Assembly: GCA_013239625.1 (NCBI GenBank)
Contig: MU054400.1
Span: 355,146-419,145, forward strand
From: Lama guanicoe
Taxonomy: Eukaryota
Direction of reading: 5' to 3'
DNA: 64,000 nt
Shown: positions 48,561 through 61,900 of the stretch, in pieces
How positions within the stretch are numbered: the stretch's first letter is position 1
Layout: each line of letters opens with the position of its first letter
The notes under the pieces: generated by a model
The model's database searches: none
What the model was told of the DNA's origin: nothing
Seen by the model: the letters and a program-made list of their open reading frames with translations, nothing else
Translations under genes and position numbers: made by a program

Positions 48561-48995
48561 AGAATCCCAGGGATGGCATAGGGCCAGTGAGGAGAGATGC
48601 CAAAATGAGGCACATCGTCCCACACAACTGCCTCTGAAGCGAAGGAAATGGTTGCAGCTTAACAGGGAAAATGGCGTTCACATCAGAGGCAGAGGAGATG
48701 GGACCTCTTGAAGCTGTAACTCTGAATACGACTGGCTTTGTTTGCTAAATTAAATTACAGGATCAGCTAAAGTATTGTAGCAATCATTTTCACTTTAATG
48801 TAGTTTATAATATTTCAAGTTTCTGCCTAAAAAAACTAACATTTAGGCTTAAGAAAAAAACTTCCAAATGATTTCTGGGGAGATGAAACATTTAAAAAGA
48901 CTTTACCAATTAATCTCAATGCAGAGATACTTTTAAAACAAAAACTCTAACCTCTGGGTCTTGGCTCCCTGCAGAACACCACCCTACTCCTCCAC

Positions 48996-49265
48996 CAACA
49001 CACACACACACATACACTACACAAACAATGCACTTACACCACAAGCAAACACACACAGTACATACCAGAAACACACACATCCCACACCACACACACACCA
49101 CAGGACACACTTACTCCTTATGAAAAACTACACCATAAATACACACATATACATAACACATATATACCCAACTCGCAAACCACACACCCACCACATATAC
49201 ACACATATACCACAAGGCACCCATGCCACACGAATCACACACACAATACACGCTCCATACACTGA
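48996..49265. repeat. Degenerate CA-rich low-complexity tract
   Basis: About 270 nt of interrupted CACAC/CATAC units; source of the His/Thr and Cys/Val ORFs. Confidence 0.9.
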
Positions 49266-51116
49266 CAGTAAACTGGCATGTGCTTGCCTGTGTTTGTGAT
49301 CCCCTTCCTGCGTCCATTTATGGTGTAATTGTACCTTTCTTTTTCAATTTGGAAAGTACAGCTCTGTAGGGGCAATTGTTTTAAATTTGAGAATGCCCGA
49401 ATTAAGTAACAATTTTAGTTAATTTTATAGTCAAAAATGCAGTTTACATTAGCAAAAAGAAAAAGTATGGGGCTTCTAAAATCATGCTCTTAAGCTTACT
49501 GAGTCACCTCAGTTTTAAAGTTTTGGATCTACCATTAGGGGAAAAAGGAAATCTATTCTGTAATCTGGCACATTCTTATGAAGAGTCTCTTACTGTGACT
49601 CATGCCATGGATGCTTTGCGCAAATGTAAAAGAAAATACCCAGACTAACATGTGAGGAGAATTTCAATGATGGGAGAGAGGCTGCTGGGGTAAATCAAGC
49701 CTTTCCCACCCTCCACTGACTTGGGGCTCCTCAGAGTGCCCACATAAGGCTCAAAACAGCATTCTCACAGATTAGAGAAGAACTTCATTGGACATTAGCA
49801 GAAAAAAAGAGAGGATTTTTCTACTGGCCCTGACCTATACTCCCTTTGTCCACTGAAAAACACTCTTTTAAACCTAACAGCCTATCCTCTATTTCTTTTA
49901 TTCTCCTAATTAAAAACCTTATGGCCAAACACAAGTGGCCTCAACTGCTTCAAGCTTAGCCCTGGAGAGGGCGAATGCTGGAGAGGAAGGTAAAAGAAGA
50001 AGTCAAGGAAGTTAATTGATGGGAGATGAGGTTGAGTAGGTTTCTCAAAGAGGAGGGGTGGGTGGAAAGTGGGTGGGAAGAGCACAGCGTTGAGGAAAGC
50101 AGGTGATGCACGTAACTCAGAAGTGTCCGCTTGATTCTCAACATAACATGTGCCAAATAAGTTTACACTAAATCCATTTTGTACATTTCCTTGATGAGTT
50201 TGGTTTACATTGCAATTTGGGGTTATCTATGACCATGTAGTTATCTCAGCCTAGTATTTACTGCATTGTGTTTAAGTTTCAGAGGGCAAAACCATCAAGA
50301 ACTTTAAGTCTATTATTGTAGAAGAAATCAGGTATAAGTGTTTTTATAAATGGTGGTTACTACCTGCCTTTAAGGAAGGTCTTGGAAGTTTACTGTGAAT
50401 CATTATGACACTGAACAATATTTGAGCCATTTCTCTTCATAAAAACCACTATTAAAATAATATAATTTATCTAAACAATATTCCCTAAGTGCCATAGACA
50501 ATAGTTAAACAAAGAGTTTATTGTATGCTATAGGAAAGGAACTAACAGGATTTTTTTAGGACTAGAAAAATTCTTATCTTCTCCTTGGATGTCAGGAGCT
50601 GGAGAATAGTTCAATCAAAGCCAAATGCATTTGTCTTGGAGATTTTTCTTAAACCTTTAAAATCTAACTCACAAGCACTTTACTGCTAAGTTGACTTCTG
50701 TTCTTAAAGGGGAAAAATCATATTTCTGTTCTTTTAATTTTCTTTCTTTCTAAAGGAGATTTATTTGGTTTTCTAACAGCACAGTTGACATAATTTGAAA
50801 ATAACACATTTTCAAGGTACAGATAATTTTCAAGCTCTGTAATCCATTACAGAGCATTAAATTTAGAGAACTATTTCCGTCATTTAACAAAATTCACATA
50901 CCCCTGAGTAGAAAAACAGAAAATGAGAAATCAATTCTCTTACAAATGTTAAGTTTTAAAATGAAGACAAGGATATCCAATATTACAACGATTATCTAAC
51001 ATTGCCTTGAATATTTTGGCAAATGGGAGCGGGATGAAGGCAATAAAAAGCAACAAGTATAACTATCAGAAAAGAGAAAGAATTAGGTAGATGTGATAGT
51101 CTACCTAAAAACTTTA

Positions 51117-51196
51117 AGAGGGTATAGCTCAATGGTAGAGTGCGTGCTCAGCATGCACGAGGTCCTGAGTTCAATCCCCACTGGCTCCATTAAAAA
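51117..51196 (+). mobile_element. tRNA-derived SINE (vic-1-like), first of a tandem pair
   Basis: A/B boxes and A-tail; flanked by AAAAACTTTA. Confidence 0.92.
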
Positions 51197-51207
51197 AAAA
51201 ACTTTAG

Positions 51208-51383
51208 CAAGAGGGAAATAGCTCAGTGGAACGCTTAGCTTGCACAAGATCCTGGGTTCAATCCCCAGTTATCTCTATTCAAAAAGAAAATGAAAAAAAA
51301 AAGGCTGTGTAACTCTCATGTTGAAGGAAATCAATTATTGAAAGTATGTGTTCACATGTGCAGTTAAAAATGATCATTTTAAC
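51208..51383 (+). mobile_element. tRNA-derived SINE (second of the pair) plus about 80 nt extra 3' sequence
   Basis: A/B boxes with a short internal deletion, A-tail to about 51302, then unique sequence and AAAACTTTAG. Confidence 0.85.
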
Positions 51384-51924
51384 AAAACTTTAGAAATCAA
51401 TCAGAAGTAATTAGAACTAATAAGACTATTAGTTACAAAACAAATTACTCAAATTACTAACTTTCCTTTATATTAGCAATAGATCAAAAATGTGGTGAAA
51501 AACGTAAACTGCACCCCAATACAAGAGGATCTCTTTACATATGAAGAATAATCACTAGGAATAAACTTAAGAAATAGATTGAAAAAAATTACAAAACTAT
51601 GCTGTAAGTCATAAAGGAAGACTTGAATCAAACTATTTCCAGGGCAGTGCAAGAGTTGTAAAACCAAAGTCCACCCAGTGAGACTTCATTCAAGACTAAA
51701 AACAGTGACTTAGTGATGCCCAAACCTAGGAAACCAGGCTTCCCACAGGATTCTAGTCATCAGTCACTGGACGATGGGGAAGACCTTATGTCAAAAGGCA
51801 CCAGCAGGTCCATCTGTCACTATGTTTTAGTGGTAATGAGACTGCACACAAAACAATACAGTCAAGTGGAGTTGGGCTGTCTCCACAGATTGCCAGGTTT
51901 CCTGGGGTAGGACTAAGTTACTCT

Positions 51925-52270
51925 GTATGAGTGAAAGTAACGCTTGCCACTGTAAAGATAAACCCATTTTCTCAATAGCTGAATAAAATGCTTATTTAAA
52001 AGTCCAGTCATCCTGGGATAAGGAGAAAGGAGAGAAACCAGGTTGATGGGGACCCTTGCCATCTTCAACACACAGCTTTTCAGGTTGCCCTGAACATCAA
52101 TGTCCCAACAGCAGATGGGAGGAAATGGAGAAGGATGTTGTTTACGAGCCAGATCTGAATGAGGCGCCCTTCACTTCTGCTCACACTCCCTGGATACAAC
52201 TCAGTCTCATAGCCAACCTAACTGCAAGGGAGCCCGAGAAAGGGGCTCACGTTGCTTCCCAACTCTGACT
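51925..52270 (-). mobile_element. Old MLT1 (MaLR) LTR remnant
   Basis: TCACTTCTGCTCACACTCCCTGG...CCAACCTAACTGCAAGGGAG, typical of MLT1J/K. Confidence 0.6.
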
Positions 52271-53906
52271 AAAGGAAAGGACAACTTGGTTTACTATCAA
52301 CAGACAAAGACAGACTTGCCCGATTGTCTTCTTCATATAACTGCAGCTTGCCCTTTAAACATTTAATTTTTTAATTTTGCACGTATTGATGAAACTTTTC
52401 CCAAAATGCATAACGATTTTCCTGTTTCGAGAGAGAGCAATAATGAGACTTTTCCTATGGCTCAGGACGTTCACGACTAACATCAGCTCTCTTCCAGCAA
52501 CTGTCATCAGGAACACTTGAGGAATTACTGATCCTTTCCCTCTATACCAAAATGCTCTGGATCACTATCCTTTTTTTAAATCCTGGGGTCTTTTGAAATG
52601 TCTTTTCTGAATCCTTCCTCCAAATAGAATGGCACCAGTCGCTTCCTGCTGTTACCAGCACACAGGCAGTTCATTTCCCCTCTAATGTCTTGCTTCTACT
52701 AAGGGTTTATACTAAAAGTATAAAAATTGAGTGTGAAGTAAAAGCAAAAAGTTGGCTCAGACTAAGACTCACTTCTGAACAAAGACTGTGCACTTCTATC
52801 ACCTGGACTTGCTACCAGTGACTTTGGTTTTCCAATGTCTTTCCATTTTTTTTTTCTCTCAAGTTTTTACTGCTTTCAGCAGCTATAAAAAAAACCCAAT
52901 TACGTTGGTCTAGGATATGATCCTGGGGGAAAAAAAAACAAAATTATGTCTCAAAGAGAATCACTTTAGAAATAGTTCTATCTGTGAAGAAAATTAAATC
53001 ATAAAAAATAACAAAACCAGAATAACAATCAACAAGGAAAGAGGTCTACAAAATATTCTTAGGTAGAAAAAAGCAAGCTGCAAAATGACATTTGTGGTGC
53101 AACCCCGTTTTGTGAAAAAAAGAAAAAAAGCATATGTTTGTATATACATAGGAAAAGTCTTAAGAAATCAGGAGTTGTTTTCTCTAAGGGGTAGAATCAC
53201 CGAGAACTTTTATTTTACAATGTCATTTATTTATGTGTTTGAGTTACAAGAAGCAGATTTTTTTGTAAGCATAAAAAACAATAAAATGAATTTCAAAATA
53301 AAATTCATGCTGTCTTCTCAGAATACAAGCTCCTGGAAGACATGGATAACAGATGAGCAGTCCTCTACATACTACCTGCTGCCACAAATAAAGGGATTCT
53401 TAACAAACACTGACTTTTATAGACTGAAAAATATAGACAAACTAGTTTTGCACTCAGAGTCAATCTCATAGACAGGGCAAGTTCCAAGAAAGAGTTGATG
53501 ACTTTCCCCTTGGAAGACTTCTGCCCGGAAATCTTCTGGAGACCGTATGAAGCAGAGTTTCAAGAGCCCATCAAAGCCCTGGCAAGCATATGCTAACCAG
53601 AGCCACACTGTGACCTATATTAGACTCACAATGGAAACGCACTCAGCTGGGAAAGAATTCTGGGTAAGTACACAGTGTCATAAAGGCTTCCAGAATCTAC
53701 TTCACTTTTCTAACAAAATGGCTGATCATGCAGCGTGTGAAACCAACATGCACATAAAAGGTTTTTGCCTCTTGGATCCCACAAGACACCTTCTGCTCAG
53801 AATTTCTCACTACCTGGCATGAAACTCATTAAAACACACACCAGGATTAAGGCATGAACTCCAGAATACTCCAGTTTAAATGAAAACATATTCACTAGAA
53901 AAGTAA

Positions 53907-54485
53907 TGTATCAGTTAACTATTGTCCCCAAAATGCTGCTTAACAGATTGACCCCAAACCGAGAAGTGTGCAACAAGAAGCAGTTATTCTCATGTTCATA
54001 AGTCTGCAGATATGATGGGACAGTTCAGCCTCATGACATGGGTGTGTGCATTGGTTGGGGCAGCTATGCTCCACAAGTCATCCTTCTTCTGGGAATAGTG
54101 GAGAATCTAGGGTATGTTCACGACAATGCAGAAGTACAAGAGGGCAAGCCAAAACCCAAGGGTATATTTGAAACCTCTGCTATCATCATGTCCACTAACA
54201 TTCCAATGACCAAAGCAAATCACAGGGTCAGTTCCAACATCAGTGGGACAGAAATTTGTATGACTTCTAGCAAGAGGAACCACAGTCATCTGTCTAGCAT
54301 GCATGAGGTCCTGGGTTTGATTCCCAGCACCTCCATCAAAAAAAAATAAACAAATAAACCTAATTACCCCCCCCCACACACACACACACAAAATCTGATG
54401 TAGAGAGGAACCACAGAATCACATGGCAGAGGGTGGGAACACAAGGAAGACTGAAGAATTGGGAACAATAACACAATCTCCCAAA
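53907..54485 (-). mobile_element. Old MLT1 (MaLR) LTR with nested SINE
   Basis: TGTATCAGTTAACTATTG..AATGCTGCTTAACA start; CTAACATTCCAATGACCAAAGCAAATCACAGG; GAAGAATTGGGAACAATAA end. Confidence 0.75.
54286..54403 (+). mobile_element. 5'-truncated tRNA-derived SINE
   Basis: Starts mid-body (TAGCATGCATGAGGTCCTGGG), no A-box; exact TSD AGAGGAACCACAG (54273-54285 / 54404-54416). Confidence 0.85.
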
Positions 54486-54985
54486 AGTAACATGAATTCA
54501 CTATTAACCAATAATATAGTAACATTTCTGTTTTTATACTTAGCCAGTCTGAAAAGGAGGACACTAAGGAAATAGGACAGGAGGAAGGAGGAAAAGTTGG
54601 ATCTAAAAATGTGTAGCATTCTAGACATTGCCTATGAGGGAGGAAGGGCTGGAGGAGGTGCCACAGTGGAGGTGGCTGGAAGAGAACATAATAAAACAGA
54701 ACACCCTCATGAGTGAAATTCAGTGCTGAAAACTCAGAATTGAAGAAAAACAAGATAAGACAAGAGGAAGATATAGTTACATGAGCATAAAAGAAAATCC
54801 CAGAGAAAGATAAATTTTAAGAAACCTGCCCAGAGGAATGAAACTGTTCAGGCACAATGTGTTTCTCCACTTGAAACAGATGACCATCCCTGGTCTATTA
54901 CCTATGGCTTATGATTCATAATCTGAAGAGGTTGCAAATTCCTATGAGAATCTCTCTGTAAGAATCATTTCTACAAGAAAAACAA

Positions 54986-55029
54986 GTGTGTTTGTGTGTG
55001 TGTGTGCGTGTGTGTGTGTGTGTGTGTGT
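54986..55029. repeat. (TG)n microsatellite, interrupted
   Basis: Seen directly. Confidence 0.9.
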
Positions 55030-56599
55030 TCAGATTTATTTTCAAACCAGGCAGATCAGAAACTTCCTAGAATTTGAGCCTTGAACACAAGAATACAAAA
55101 CTGAAAATGGCAAGAGCTCACTCGTCCTTCTGGTTGTCCTGATGAGGCTATGTCATGATTACTGCTATCCAGATTCTCAGAGTTGCCCTGTATTCCTGAC
55201 CCCTCTAAAGATCCCTCTTGCACACTTCCTCCAACTCTGAACCATCCTTTGATCCTATATATATATTTTGCTTGAACGAGTTAAAATTTATTTCAAATTT
55301 TAAGTCAAATAATTGAATTCAAAGAACTGTACCAGATACAGGTCTAGTTCCTCTGTTCAATCCTGCAAGGAGACGAAAGAGAGGAGAGAGAGCACTAAAG
55401 ATGCCTTGAAGCAAATAACAAGGGACGCGATCACTCAAGAACCTAGTATCTAAAATCATTTCATGAAAATCACTGTTACTATAGCAACCTTTCAGTGTGC
55501 ATTCAGTGATTTTATAATATATCAACATTTTAATGTAACACAACTGTATTTGGCCTTGATTCCTTTTCAAATACAGATTTTGTCTCATAAAATTTATCAG
55601 AGCTGACCAACCAAGTAAATTTACTGTTTCCTCTAAAATTTCTATTGAAATGACACTATTAAGAAAAGCCCTCCATGTTTTACCTCCCACCACCACCACC
55701 ACCATCATTCTATACACATACACACACACTCATAATATCCACAAGAGCCCCAGTTCCTGTCATCAGAATCTGTTCTGATGACCCAATATGGTTAATATCC
55801 CTCTCATTAAATGATAAATTAAAAACCATCAAAGTAATGAGATTTCTAAATAAAATAAGACAAGTTGGAGAGAAAGTTCATCTGGAAGAGTAACTGTGTA
55901 AGAGCCAACAAAATGCTGAAGAAGAACACTAGTCAGACAAGCCATGACCATAGGGAAAGCCAAGGTGAATGACAGCAAAGTAATGCACGCAGCCCAGGGA
56001 GGGAGAGCCCTAGGGACAGGTGTACCCTTTCCACATCATTTTGAGCTACACAACAGCACTTCATTATCTGCACACAAAACAAGCTCAGGCAAACTGTTTC
56101 CAAGGCCATGTGGGACCACTGAGCACCATTAATGTGCTACATGATTCTGAGATTCCATGTCTCATTAATTCAGAGATGAGCTTCACAGAAAATAAATAAA
56201 AGAGGAAATAAAGAGGTGAATCCACACATACTGGGGTCAACAATGTTTTCACATCTTCAAAGAACTGAGAGAAAGTTAAGTTAAATTCAGTAATAAAAAG
56301 AAATAGATTCTACATACACAGGGTCCAAAGGATCAAAAAGAGGAAGTACAAAGAACAAGCCTTAACTAAGCTGCAATCCTTCCAACCTCAGCAAGGCCTC
56401 GAAAAGGGTGACACTGGGCAGCAAAGAATGGGAGAGTAAAGAGTAGGGAAAGGACAAAGATTCTGTGATTAAAGAAACAGAGCTGGACACTCATGTTGGT
56501 TTGCCTCAACTTCACAGGAATATCCTACAAGCTTGGCTGAAGTGGAAGTAGGGAAAAGAAAGGAGGAAAAGTGGGATAAAATGGAGAAGAAAAAGAATT

Positions 56600-57130
56600 T
56601 TTAAATTCTACAAAATCATATTAATGAAAATTATGGTATGAGTTTAGTAATAGATGGCTCAACAGAAGTAGAAAAGGGAGTCCATGACAGACTCCTGTGT
56701 GTGTTAGGATTTAGCTCACCATAAGTGTGGCATTTCAAGTGAATAAGAAATAAAGGCTTGTTTAATAAGGGAGTTGGGGTATTCAGCTAAAAATTGAAAA
56801 AATAAAGATGGATCCCTACCTCACATCATGCCACAAAAAAAAAAATGCCAGTTATAATAAAGACCTTAAGTCAAAAACAAAAGTATGAAAGTACCAAAAG
56901 AAAATATAAGAACGTATGAATGAAGATGGCCTAATTAAGCAAAATATAAAATCCAGAAACAATAAAGGAAAAAGAAAGAATGCCCAATTTGGCTTCATAA
57001 TTTTAAACCTCTGTATGATGAGAGATACCATAAACAAAGTTTAAAGATTTAAAGGTCTAAATTTATAAAGTATTTGCAAAATAAGTAACAAATATGTCAA
57101 GAACAAAAAGAGAAGCAATCCAATTTTTCC
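56600..57130 (+). mobile_element. Ancient L1 ORF2 fragment
   Basis: GATGGATCCCTACCTCACATCAT, GATACCATAAACAAAGTT and AAAGTATTTGCAA phrases. Confidence 0.6.
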
Positions 57131-57479
57131 CGTGTACAAAGGAACACTGGCAGAAATTATTTAAAATTTCTAACTTTCATTCTGTGCTGCTTCTATAATA
57201 AAATTTTATTATTTAATTGGGCATTTAGTTACACAAAATAAAAGCTTATAATTCACAACCTCCCTTAAAGCTTAGTCACCTGTGGCATGTGACTGAATTC
57301 TAACCATGAAAGTATAGAGAAGGGTCAAGAAAGAGCTTCCAGGAATTTTCTTAAGAGCCACTAGGTATGGGTCCTTGACTCTCCATCTTACTGCCCAAAG
57401 TGCAGATGCTTCTGTCTTGGACCTGAGATCAAGGTGAGAAGTTGGATTTGAACAGGAAGAGGGACCCCCTTATCCTATG

Positions 57480-58100
57480 GAAGAAAGTCAAGAACTGTAT
57501 GCATGTAGACGAGTGGCAGTAAGGGGGACGGAAAGTGAGCAAGGTAATACTTACTGGCCTCAGTCTTTTGATGAGGTAGCAGAAAACAGTCAGTTAAGAG
57601 TAAGGGAAGTAAGAACATAAGGACAGTGGTACTGAAATGGAATAGTTGTTGAAGACAATGAAGGAGGAACCTGACAACAGCCAACTGACAGAATGAAAGG
57701 GGAGTGCTGAGAGTCCAGCAAGGGTTCAAGGCCATAGATGTGTGGGGGTGCCAATCTGTAAGGTTTATTGCAAGACGTACTGATTTTTTTTCTAACATTG
57801 ATTAACTAATCTGAAGACAGGAGTAGAGGAAGCAAACTGTGGCATTGATCCTGGGTTAGGATACAGTAGAGTGGGGATTAGCAGTAGGATAAAAGTAAAA
57901 GAGGGTGTCTGTGGGAGAATATTTTAGGTGATCAAACATGACGTTCGTGGAGAAGAAAGCAAGCCCAGGATGGGGTTGTTAAACTGGGAGGAAGTGGAAA
58001 GAGCACGGGACTGGAAATCTTGACAATGCTAAAAAAACAGAGAGTGGAAATGAAGCTATGAAAAAGCTGAGGGCTGGGATCAAGATACTTAGTTTTACTT
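57480..58100 (-). mobile_element. Degraded L2 fragment
   Basis: Purine-rich antisense L2 phrases (GAGAGTCCAGCAAGGGTT, AAGGTTTATTG). Confidence 0.45.
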
Positions 58101-58356
58101 GAGTCTTCTCAGATGGAGGTGTTCTAAAAGAAGGCAAGTTCCAGAATATGACCACACAACAGACAAGAAGTGTAGCACAGTGGTTAAAAGCATTCTCTTT
58201 GCAGCCAGAGAGAATTTCTGTTATTGGTTTTATTATTTATCTCACTTAGCCTTGGTTTCTTCATCACACCTAGCTCATAAGATTGTTGTAGGGATTAAAA
58301 TACGGAGTTTTGTTCAGTGCCCAGGACATACCAAGCTCTCAATAATTGACAGTTTT

Positions 58357-58431
58357 AACATTGTAAATCAAACTACACTTCAATAAAAAATAAGAATTAA
58401 AAAAAATAAATAAAAATAAAAATAAATTTTA
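58357..58431 (+). mobile_element. Ultra-short L1 3' tip plus A-tail
   Basis: AACATTGTAAATCAAACTACACTTCAATAAAA and A-rich tail; TSD AATAA(T/C)TGACAGTTTT (58341-58356 / 58432-58447). Confidence 0.85.
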
Positions 58432-61400
58432 AATAACTGACAGTTTTTAAAAAGAAAAAAAAACACACAGGTGCCCTACTATTCTGCCTACTATTAGTGA
58501 AGATGGACCTTATTGGGTAGAAAAATGTACTACCCTTAATAATGATGCTAACTTTGCCTGTGGGCAGTAAACATTTCCAAACTGTAAGCAAATGCCTAAT
58601 AAAAAAACAAGTAAATAGCTTAATCCACTTCATTTTCCTTGATTGAAAATATCAGAGAATGAGTGCTTGTTATGGTGTCAGTACTTCTGGAGGGTGTGCC
58701 TATTACAAATTAATTATGTCATAAAGCACAGTAGAAACTCAGACCCTTCAACTAAGCCAGTATTTTGAAAAGAAGGAAGAAATATTTTTAAATGAAAGAA
58801 AAAAGAACCTATTTCAGATAACCAGTAAAAAACAATAATAAGTAAAGACAACAGAGCTAGTGTGCCTGGAGATGGAAGAATTATTCTTGGTAAAGTTGGA
58901 GACGACATCAGTGTTACCTAGTGCAGTCAGCATGTTACTGTCAGAGAGCTTCCCCTACTCCATACACCCTTATCAGACCTCACTCATCCTGTAAATTATT
59001 ACCTGAAGTATGGGAAATGTATACTTGTATATCAAAGATTTAAAATAAACCACTTTAGCAGAATCCCTTACGATGCAGCTGGAGAACAGGTATAGCCCCT
59101 TGTCATGGGCTAAAGGAGTAACTGCAGGCTTGTTATCTGTTATGCTTGAGGGCACATGGTTTGCTCTGTGATATACCAAAATCCATTTAACTCAAATGGC
59201 TTTAGGCCACACAGCTAAAAGGCAATGCCTGATGTCCAGTGCTTAGTACATAGTAGGTACTCAACGAATGTTAAAATCCATTTGCTTATTTATGCAGCCA
59301 ACATTTACTGAGTGCCTAATATGTGCCAAACATTGTTCTATTATTAGAAATAGAGCAAAAACACTTTTAAATTTTGTCTTTATTTTGGCGGTTTTTTTGC
59401 ATTATAAAAGTAATACATGATTGTTGCAAAAAGTGAAATAACACAAAGCTGTATCAAGCTTTCTTTATGGTCAGATATGGGATCAAATAGTTTAAATGTT
59501 CCATGAACATATGGGGGGAGTATATCTTCTCTATTCAAATATGAGGGTCCTTCTTCTCTATACATGAGTGCACACCTGGGTGCTTATATGCACGTGTGCA
59601 CGCACACACATACACATTTACTTATTGTAGTGTTCAGTTCCTATATGTCCTTACTTATTATCTGCCTCCTGGAGATGTCTAATTTTAATATCTACATATT
59701 AAAATTTCTCACTATAATTATTTTATTTATTTCACCAGTCAATAAAAATTAAGATGAAAGAATCACAGCGAGTTGAAAAGCAAGAGCTAAAATCCTTTGT
59801 TAAGCACCAAATGAATCAGAAAAAACATTAAACAATTTCTGTCAATAGAACTGTCTATAGCTAAGTACACTGTGAATTAAGTCACAAGATTTTTTTTTCT
59901 TCAGAAAAATTCTTTTCCTGTCAATGTCAAATTAAATCCCTCAAGCACAAGAACTACATATCAGATCATTTATCTATTCCCAGTCTGCGAGTCATAATTA
60001 TTTCCCTTGGCTCATTGTTAATGTGGGCTTTTGTATGGCTGAAAATGACTGTGTAATTAGGTAATTCTGTTAAAAAGACAAAAATTAGGTTTTTCTCTCC
60101 AGAAACAGAAGCCATATGAATACAGTGATGAGAGACTAAAAAGCAATTCAGAAACACTTTTAATTATAATACAATGTCCAAAGTATCTGCCTGCATTGTT
60201 CATCTTTAAGGTCTGTTGCTTTTCATTTTTATAACTCCTCCTTGGATTTTAAAGGAGAGGACAATGTGAAAAACACAATTACGTCATGTGTAGAGAGTAG
60301 CCCCATCCAGGAAGCAATGAGCCACAGAAGGAGAGAGGATGCCCTGTCGACCATCTTCGCTATTAGTCTCACTGGTTTAAAACCTCACAGGTTTTGTGGG
60401 GATAGAACACACGGAAAACAGGAGGGAAGGACCCAGAGGGTAGATACTATGATAATGATAGAGGTTTACAATTATACGAAATGTTTACTTTCCTTATAGG
60501 CACAACAACTGAGTTAGGATGTTAATCTGCTCCTGGCCAAGGGACTGGGAGTTCAATCTTGAAGTTTACTGTTGCTCCGAACCTTTGTGAAGTGAATTCA
60601 CCTAAACTGTCATCTGAAGTGTTTTGCTACTTTAAAACATAATAGTTTCAATACTATACAGTGCAGGTTTATGATACAAATGCCCGAAACTATTTGAGAA
60701 CCAAGATGAAAAGCCCAAAACATATGTATATTCTTACAGTCACTGAACTATTAGAACATTGGGGAGATTCTGTAACTAATAGGAAGGAAGAAAGAATGAC
60801 TCAAAGTAGGGGATTCAGCTGAAGTTCTCCAGTATCATAAATCTCCACTGTATAGTATTTGGAAAACTAAAATTGGGTTCTTCCTATCCTTGGAAATTCC
60901 ATGCCCCAGTGCCCTCCAGATAACAAAGTCATGTTGGTAACTGCTGCACATTTCTTAGGGTTGCCATCTAGTGAAGGATAAGTAGAATCAAGTGAATCAT
61001 GTTCAATTTCAGAGGAACAGAGGCTGCTTTACTGACGTTGATAACCATCTGAATGAGACTTGAGACCTATTTGAATTTACCATGAGAAAAGTTCAAACAA
61101 GTTATCTCTTTTGAAATTTTCTTTTTCTTTTAATGTAAAACATTTTAATACGTCAAAACCAAATAAAATATTTTTAGATATCTTAACTGTGCCATATACT
61201 TATTTTTGGTTGTCATTTCTCCACATTATTTGATCTTTCATTGATTTGACACCAGTCTGTGCTTTATCTTGTGGTGTTAGCTTCTAAAAAACAGATCAAC
61301 TTATACATGGATTTATTTTCCCCCAAATTATTTTCTGGTTCATGATGTTAACATATTCAATAAATCCTTCTATAGTAAAATAATAATAATAATAATAGTT

Positions 61401-61714
61401 TATTAATTAATATAGAAACTACCACTGCTAGCTCTTATGTTTGGAGGAGGGGCTAAATTATTTCCTTTCTCTAAATTGTTTTGAACTAAAAGTAATTTGT
61501 TTTGTCAAGAATGCTATTTGGTCCTAAGGCACATTTGGCATCTACTAAAATAAATCTTACGCCTGCTGCCACTGAGGGAGGGGAGATGGAAAGGGCAGGA
61601 GGGCAGAGAGAACTAGCATGTTTTGTCATTCTTCACATCAGAAACAAGAATTCCATTGAATAGATTAGACCAATTCCACAAGAAAATTTCCTTTGAAAAC
61701 AGCTATTTGCCATA

Positions 61715-61900
61715 ATCACCATAGTTATTTACTGACCATCTACCGAGTGCTTTACCCTTATGATTTAACAGTAATCCTACGAGGTAGATGTATTGTGTCC
61801 TGTTTCACAGGGGAGAAATCCTAGAATCAGAGAAGTTAAACAACTTGCCAGTGTCACAGCTGCTAAGTGATAGACTTGGCATTTTAACTCCGCGACTTCA
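61715..61900 (-). mobile_element. MIR SINE
   Basis: TTTCACAGGGGAGAAATC..CAGAGAAGTTAAACAACTTGCC..GTCACAGCTGCTAAGTG. Confidence 0.75.

Larger units (their letters stand above)
50940..51650 (+). mobile_element. Ancient L1 ORF2 (RT) fragment hosting two SINEs
   Basis: GACAAGGATATCCAATATTAC, GATGTGATAGTCTACCTAAAAA..TTAGAACTAATAAG and CTAGGAATAAACTTAA phrases. Confidence 0.65.

Noticed and set aside
48916..49317. His/Thr-rich and Cys/Val-rich ORFs
   Set aside because: Translation of CA-rich low-complexity DNA.
53460..53670. Protein-looking frames with a GG|GTAAGT donor
   Set aside because: No recognisable homology and an unconvincing acceptor; TBLASTX would be needed.
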